64,000 nucleotides of DNA from Spirochaetota bacterium (GTDB lineage: Bacteria; Spirochaetota; UBA4802; UBA5550), in the NCBI GenBank assembly GCA_963664815.2, contig CAXXHB010000002.1, positions 576,001-640,000 on the forward strand, read 5' to 3'. The position numbers and the translations under genes were made by a program. Numbering within the stretch: the first letter of the stretch is position 1; each line of letters begins with the position of its first letter. Positions 60,001-64,000 of this stretch are shown piece by piece. The notes under the pieces are model-generated. The model made no database searches, was not told the origin of the DNA, and saw only the letters and a program-made list of their open reading frames with translations.

Positions 60001-62380
60001 GGTTTACCGCAACAGGTTTGTCGGTATGTGTAGCTGTTTTTACTTTTATCTTTTTATCACCTTTCGAATTGAAAAAATTCTCTTCTGGAATAAGCTTTAT
60101 AAAAAATTCCCCCCGGCCGATTTTTACTGTTTTGCTGGCAGTAATTGTCACGTTGGATTTATCGGTAACAGTCGCTTCAAGAGTGATCTCCCTGTCATAA
60201 GGGTAGTTACCAGAGGCAACTTTAAGCAGAGCCGAACCTCCTGCATCAGCGTACTTTTCACCTTCGAGTTTAAGACGCGAATAGGAGCCGTTTGAATTAA
60301 ACGCATCATCACCTGAGTAGGATGGATCGATGTCCTCAATCTTTCTTTCATAGAAGGTGTATTTGACAAGTGCGCCGTTAAGCGGAGCACCAAAAAAATA
60401 TTTAGCTTCAACCTTGAACTCGGCCTGGTCACCGTTTATAAAGTACTCCTTCGAAGGTATAATATCAATTTTAAACTCAGGCTTTCTGTATTGTTCAATA
60501 TAGAAAGAGCCGTTTCCGTAGAGATCCTTTTCAGAGAAACCCGCGCTTATCCGGAAATAGCCAAGGTCGAAATCAGGTGGAATCTGCACAGAACCGTTTG
60601 CCGTTCCCCATTCATCAAGTGTAAGAGTACCGTCAGCAAGTTTTTTTGAGCCTCCGCCCGCTATTTTATAGAAAAGGGATTTATTTTTAATGGGAAGAAA
60701 TTTACCCGCCATCTTTTTTGCGATAATTTTAAAGAAAAGCTTGTCCCCCGCGCGGTAAACAGGCCTGTCAGTGTATATATAAAGTTTATCCTTTTCCGAA
60801 ACATAATAGTTTGAAGCTCCTCCGCTGCAGATAGCATAGCTTCCCTCCTCTGATACAGCAAGCATATGAATATCTTTTGCTGACGTAAGTCTCACTTTAA
60901 ATATGCCGTTCTCATCAGTTTTGCCTTTGGCAAGAACAGTCACCGGCAGTTCCTCAAGCATAATGGATTCAATCTGTTCCCCGGATTCGCTGTCTTCATA
61001 AACTTTTTTGTTGAGTTTTTCGTTATAAAAAATAACTGATACGTTTTTCAGCGGTTTATTCTGTACGAGATCAGTAACATAAACAGAAACGTTCTCAGGT
61101 GACCGCTTCATTACAACACCGAGGTTTGTAACAGTAAAAAACTGCCTGGACAGAACATTACCTTTTCCTTTAACTTCAATGCAGTAACCTCCGGCTGTGA
61201 GAGGTTCGTTCACTTTCACTGCATAATACATCCATTCGTAGGGATTGAAGTTCTGAACAGATTGATCCCATTCGGTAACGTTATTGTAACCAGATTGTGC
61301 GGGATCAACAGAATCCGGGTCCCGTTTTTCGGATATAAATACCTGCATGGGTACTTTATAAATTTTAACATGAACAGCGTCCAGCCGGAGAGTCCTGAGG
61401 TTGAACTCAATTTCGTTTCCCGGAGTAAAGGTGTAACGGTAGGAGTGAATTTTTATTTCCGGAGCTTTTGCCTCTATGCTGAACTTCAGATCCTTCACAT
61501 CCCTCCCCTCGGTAACAATGATATTCCCGGATTTGATATTATGAAATCCCTGGTGAGAGAGGGTAATAGTATATGTTCCGGGCTTGACATCCTCAAGCAG
61601 GAATGAGCCATCGCGAAAACTCACATTGGAGTAGGCGTATCTTCCCTCGGCTGAGACGTTAATATTTGCCGCCGGGGAGTTGATCCCTTCAATCTTTATA
61701 TTTCCCGAGATCGACGCAGGCCTGTACATAACCATCTGGAGTTTAAATGATTCACCTTCGCGTACCTGACTGATGTTTGCACTTTCGGAAATATATCCTG
61801 CTTTGCTGAATGTAACAAGGTAGGAGCCGGAACGGAGTTTATCTATTGAATAATTACCATTACTGCCGGTTTTAGTGAATAAAGGCTTAAAGTGGTCAAT
61901 AGCCGGGTGCTCACTGTAATTTTTAAGCTTAACCTCAACATCGGACAAGGAATTACCGGAGCTGTCTTTAACTGTTCCGTTTATAAGAGATTCCTTTGTC
62001 AATTTGAGATTGTTCTTCACATTTGTAAAACTTGCAGTTTCAATATATGAAACATATCCCGGGGCAGTTATTTCTATGTCGTAACGGATATAGGGGATGA
62101 AATCATTTATCCTGTAGTAACCGCTGCGATCGGTCTCTGTTTTATAGTATCCGACACCGCGGCTGGAATTTTTTATTTCAACAACGGCACCCTTAACCGG
62201 TTTTCCCGTAGTGGAATCGGTTATAGTTCCCTCGATATATGTTTTTTCAAGAGCAGCAGGTTTTTCGGTATAGACAGTATTTCCGTCATTGCTGGTAAGG
62301 ACATCGGGTGAAGCGCTGCTTATAATAATCAGCCCTGTAAGGAGCGTAAGTATCGAAAAGAGTATTCTTAATCGTTTCAT
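57011..62380 (-). CDS. Bacterial alpha-2-macroglobulin with thioester motif and N-terminal carboxypeptidase-regulatory-like repeats
   Basis: YTDRPVYRAG, YRKPEF, AVDE, RENFRDTAFW, LPDNLTTWR, YPYGCIEQ, QNYDGTWGWW, EDYLPAGFE; three GxVxD...GxY beta-sandwich repeats at the N-terminus. Confidence 0.92.
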   Translation of the reverse strand: MKRLRILFSILTLLTGLIIISSASPDVLTSNDGNTVYTEKPAALEKTYIEGTITDSTTGKPVKGAVVEIKNSSRGVGYYKTETDRSGYYRINDFIPYIRYDIEITAPGYVSYIETASFTNVKNNLKLTKESLINGTVKDSSGNSLSDVEVKLKNYSEHPAIDHFKPLFTKTGSNGNYSIDKLRSGSYLVTFSKAGYISESANISQVREGESFKLQMVMYRPASISGNIKIEGINSPAANINVSAEGRYAYSNVSFRDGSFLLEDVKPGTYTITLSHQGFHNIKSGNIIVTEGRDVKDLKFSIEAKAPEIKIHSYRYTFTPGNEIEFNLRTLRLDAVHVKIYKVPMQVFISEKRDPDSVDPAQSGYNNVTEWDQSVQNFNPYEWMYYAVKVNEPLTAGGYCIEVKGKGNVLSRQFFTVTNLGVVMKRSPENVSVYVTDLVQNKPLKNVSVIFYNEKLNKKVYEDSESGEQIESIMLEELPVTVLAKGKTDENGIFKVRLTSAKDIHMLAVSEEGSYAICSGGASNYYVSEKDKLYIYTDRPVYRAGDKLFFKIIAKKMAGKFLPIKNKSLFYKIAGGGSKKLADGTLTLDEWGTANGSVQIPPDFDLGYFRISAGFSEKDLYGNGSFYIEQYRKPEFKIDIIPSKEYFINGDQAEFKVEAKYFFGAPLNGALVKYTFYERKIEDIDPSYSGDDAFNSNGSYSRLKLEGEKYADAGGSALLKVASGNYPYDREITLEATVTDKSNVTITASKTVKIGRGEFFIKLIPEENFFNSKGDKKIKVKTATHTDKPVAVNLEINLYRYIWKPVERVYVHDSRPFYTKKISTDKTGSAGFSLPADFSGDGEYDLIAQGRDSRDNLVSGSKILWIYSDNGGDIDSKYRELEVTLNKASMEKSGEVTCLVKSRFTDSYVMLTLEGRDVYETKVIKMNKHVVPVTFSIDSKLAPNLFIRGAMQRGRALYTTDSEVTIPVDDVKLYITLIPEKEKYGPGETARIKVNAVDPAGKPVSADFSLAAVDESIFYIRSDSTPEISGFFYSKISNWVITTYSYPITLLAGAGKDASVRVRENFRDTAFWESNIKTDAKGEAEVSFILPDNLTTWRLTVRGHDLKGRMGEARKKFLSTQDIIARIGKPRFLVEGDKAGLIGIVNNNTDSGMESVTTEFKADGKILLPENDFKISLPGFGSSAKNYTLMVPEKKESISLEFKSLIHGSKGDAVKYTVPVEKRGLRYVVSGAGDMHGNKEIILKPVRGNDDFDFVPEEILVCVNPSPVTQIIAAVEYLNEYPYGCIEQTINKFLPNLAMLKLLSGSGYSKAIPEKLKKQVENNIPEGIQRIIKAQNYDGTWGWWEGDRGNTYTTGFAMYSLLQAKNFGYPVNENTFNQGLAAILRIFQSPEKMDNDELSYLTSIYSMFGKWYHPVFKRIAFSKDLNPYQAANLLKAISLFRGKSTLQEHESREIDEISVILKKKINESAKRDSSGIYWPAAEGQSWNWAGGNTEVTAHVLSALLISGDRSSVTSQAVSSLSKRFKSGSWNSTKESGTVILALCDYLTANGLDFKTSGSIEFALNGEKLEKVSYSLNSDPDSLKRTIKLGKNRKADIYKLTVSGDESPDTTFSASLRGTLYFKPKGLFSFMKSEKRGIMALSNGITARREISFLNRVKDMKLQEYLVPQNIDEKGKINVGDELLVRVKFRAQDSFGFMVLEDYLPAGFEVVRESAYNEFQPYSHIERRDNRMVFFFTGIEKEKEYEIAYIIRAELPGSFIMRPARIECMYEEAIQGWTLPTILDVNNASN

Positions 62381-62404
62381 TCTGATCTCCGTAAAGAAAT
62401 ATAT

Positions 62405-62995
62405 TTATCTTATCGTAACACTTTTAAATCTGTAATATCTGCAACCGGACCTGCCTGTACGTTTAATGATCCATGAAGATGTTTTGTACTCTGCCGGAAC
62501 AATTACAGTTTTTGAGGAGTCCTCACATTCAATAAACACCCCGGAATTAGCTATGTCAACACTATTTATGTCGTCTACCGGTTCCGGGTTTGAAGTGATA
62601 GTCAGAACTATTTCGGTTTCATCAAGTTCATATTTTTCAAGAGGTTTATACCTTGGATCAAGGTACAGAGCGCCTTTGATATAATCACGCAGAATGATGG
62701 ATGGAGAACTGAAACTGTGATTGAATGCACCGTAGCAGCCGCGTACTGTACCTTTTTTTATAAGGGTAATGAACATTCCCGTACAGTCGGGATTTGCAGG
62801 AAGAGCAAAGTCAAGGCCGGGGTACTTTTTGTCTCCTGAAAGAATTACGCGCGCGGTCTGCATCATCCATTCTTTGAGGAACCTTTTACCGGCTGAATGA
62901 GAAAACCCTTCCCATTTGTCAAGACAGGAATCTGACGCGGCAGTAAACAAGATAACTGAAAGGATTGTAATAATAAAAACAGTTCTGCTTGACAT
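62405..62995 (-). CDS. AMMECR1-domain protein with N-terminal signal/TM segment
   Basis: GMFITL, VRGCYG (LRGCxG motif), DPRYKPL..EL, GVFI, VPAE. Confidence 0.78.
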   Translation of the reverse strand: MSSRTVFIITILSVILFTAASDSCLDKWEGFSHSAGKRFLKEWMMQTARVILSGDKKYPGLDFALPANPDCTGMFITLIKKGTVRGCYGAFNHSFSSPSIILRDYIKGALYLDPRYKPLEKYELDETEIVLTITSNPEPVDDINSVDIANSGVFIECEDSSKTVIVPAEYKTSSWIIKRTGRSGCRYYRFKSVTIR

Positions 62996-63128
62996 AGAAT
63001 GAATATAGCTAAGTCCGCTTTTAAGAAGCAAGAATAATTTTCATGATATTTAAAATGTTTTTTTGATTCCGGATTGATTTTTAATTATTTATAAGCATTA
63101 AGAATAAAATATATGATGAGGTCTGATA

Positions 63129-63497
63129 ATGAGCACAGAAAAAAAGATTACATACATTATTACCTATGGAGATGATAATCCGGAGAAGGCTACTCTTCCT
63201 TTTATGCTGGCGAATATTGCAATGACTATGGATGTAACTCCGGTAGTGGTACTTCAGAGCAACGGGGTTATGCTTGCTGTAAAAGGTTATGCCGAGAAAG
63301 TTCATTTCAAGGATGGAATCTCACTTAAACAGCTGATGGAAAATTACACAGGAGCCGGGAATAATCTTCTGCTCTGCGGTCCATGCTTTGAAACACGGAA
63401 TCTCAAGGAGGGGGATCTGATTGAAGGAGCGATCATAGTCGGCGCGGCAAGGGTGACAGAGGAGGTGCTTTCAAGTATAAATGTAATTACCTATTGA
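63129..63497 (+). CDS. DsrE-family protein
   Basis: TYGDDNPEKATLPF, GV, LLCGPC, LIEGA.IVGAA. Confidence 0.82.
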   Translation: MSTEKKITYIITYGDDNPEKATLPFMLANIAMTMDVTPVVVLQSNGVMLAVKGYAEKVHFKDGISLKQLMENYTGAGNNLLLCGPCFETRNLKEGDLIEGAIIVGAARVTEEVLSSINVITY

Positions 63498-63541
63498 AAT
63501 AAAATCTCTGCACTTTATTATATAAATTGTGTTGATATATA

Positions 63542-63587
63542 TTTACCGGTAATGAATATACGCGGGCTGTAATTCATTACCGGTAAA
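63542..63587. repeat. Perfect 16-bp inverted repeat
   Basis: TTTACCGGTAATGAAT (63542-63557) and ATTCATTACCGGTAAA (63572-63587). Confidence 0.7.
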
Positions 63588-63750
63588 GAACATACTTTTA
63601 AAAACTCTATGGTCAATTCAGCATTTTTATAAAATGCCGGTATTAAATTTATCAGCATGTAAAAACAAAAAATACTTTTCTTTCTGAAACTGAAGTTTTA
63701 AAAGTGACATCAGTTTATGTTAATGAAAATAACTGCCGGAGGAATAAATT

Positions 63751-64000
63751 TTGAAAAAAGCATCCATAGCCTTTATCGGAGGATCGGGCCTTTACGATAT
63801 AGAAGGGGCAAAACTAATTGAACAGCTCGACATCGAGACACCCTGGGGTAAACCGTCGGATAAAATTGATATTGTGGATATTGAGGGAACAACGGTCGCT
63901 TTTCTTCCAAGGCACGGAAGAGGGCATTACTGCGCCCCGCACCAGCTTAACACAAGGGCCAATATTGCCGCTCTTAAAATGATAGGTGTTGAACAGATAA
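63751..64000 (+). CDS. mtnP: S-methyl-5'-thioadenosine phosphorylase (partial, runs off window end; missing from ORF track)
   Basis: GGAGG RBS and TTG start; translation LKKASIAFIGGSGLYD...TPWGKPSD...AFLPRHGRGH..PHQLN.RANIAALKMIGV. Confidence 0.9.
   Translation, partial: MKKASIAFIGGSGLYDIEGAKLIEQLDIETPWGKPSDKIDIVDIEGTTVAFLPRHGRGHYCAPHQLNTRANIAALKMIGVEQI

Noticed and set aside
63600-63750. SAM riboswitch upstream of mtnP
   Set aside because: No SAM-I or SAM-II core motifs visible
1-64000. tRNA, rRNA, IS elements, prophage genes, selenocysteine or stop-readthrough genes
   Set aside because: None recognised by eye; recognisable proteins appear full-length under the standard code. A covariance-model search would be needed to exclude small RNAs.

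Overview
AT-rich (roughly mid-30s % GC by eye), gene-dense bacterial chromosome segment with about 56 coding regions. No rRNA, tRNA, CRISPR array, transposase or integrase was seen. Gene content suggests an anaerobic diderm, most plausibly a free-living spirochaete (inference only): ctpA-tsaD adjacency, two-subunit Fe-S fumarase, several PP2C/SpoIIE phosphatases, lipoproteins and beta-barrels. Housekeeping genes include pyrB/pyrC, tsaD, alr, radC, an acyl-CoA cluster (crotonase, acyl-CoA dehydrogenase, thiolase, thioesterases, patatin) and a partial mtnP. The most unusual items are: (1) a GlpX (class II FBPase) homologue that has lost most metal and catalytic residues and overlaps an intact GAF-GAF-PP2C phosphatase gene, a candidate pseudoenzyme sensor module; (2) divergent from it, an ATP-grasp ligase fused to an Fe-S/FMN alpha-hydroxy-acid dehydrogenase; (3) a HAMP protein / TauE transporter / HAMP-less multi-TM chemoreceptor operon; (4) a catalytically degenerate 5'-nucleotidase fused to a probable beta-barrel and coupled to a coiled-coil lipoprotein; (5) an envelope-defence locus of exported AMMECR1, thioester alpha-2-macroglobulin and a SpoIID-transpeptidase fusion, convergent with a secreted caspase-family protease; (6) non-coding signals, namely an inverted array of 11-bp repeats at 6.35-6.51 kb, a candidate sRNA at about 33.9 kb and strong CCGG over-representation. 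All functional calls come from motif recognition without database searches.
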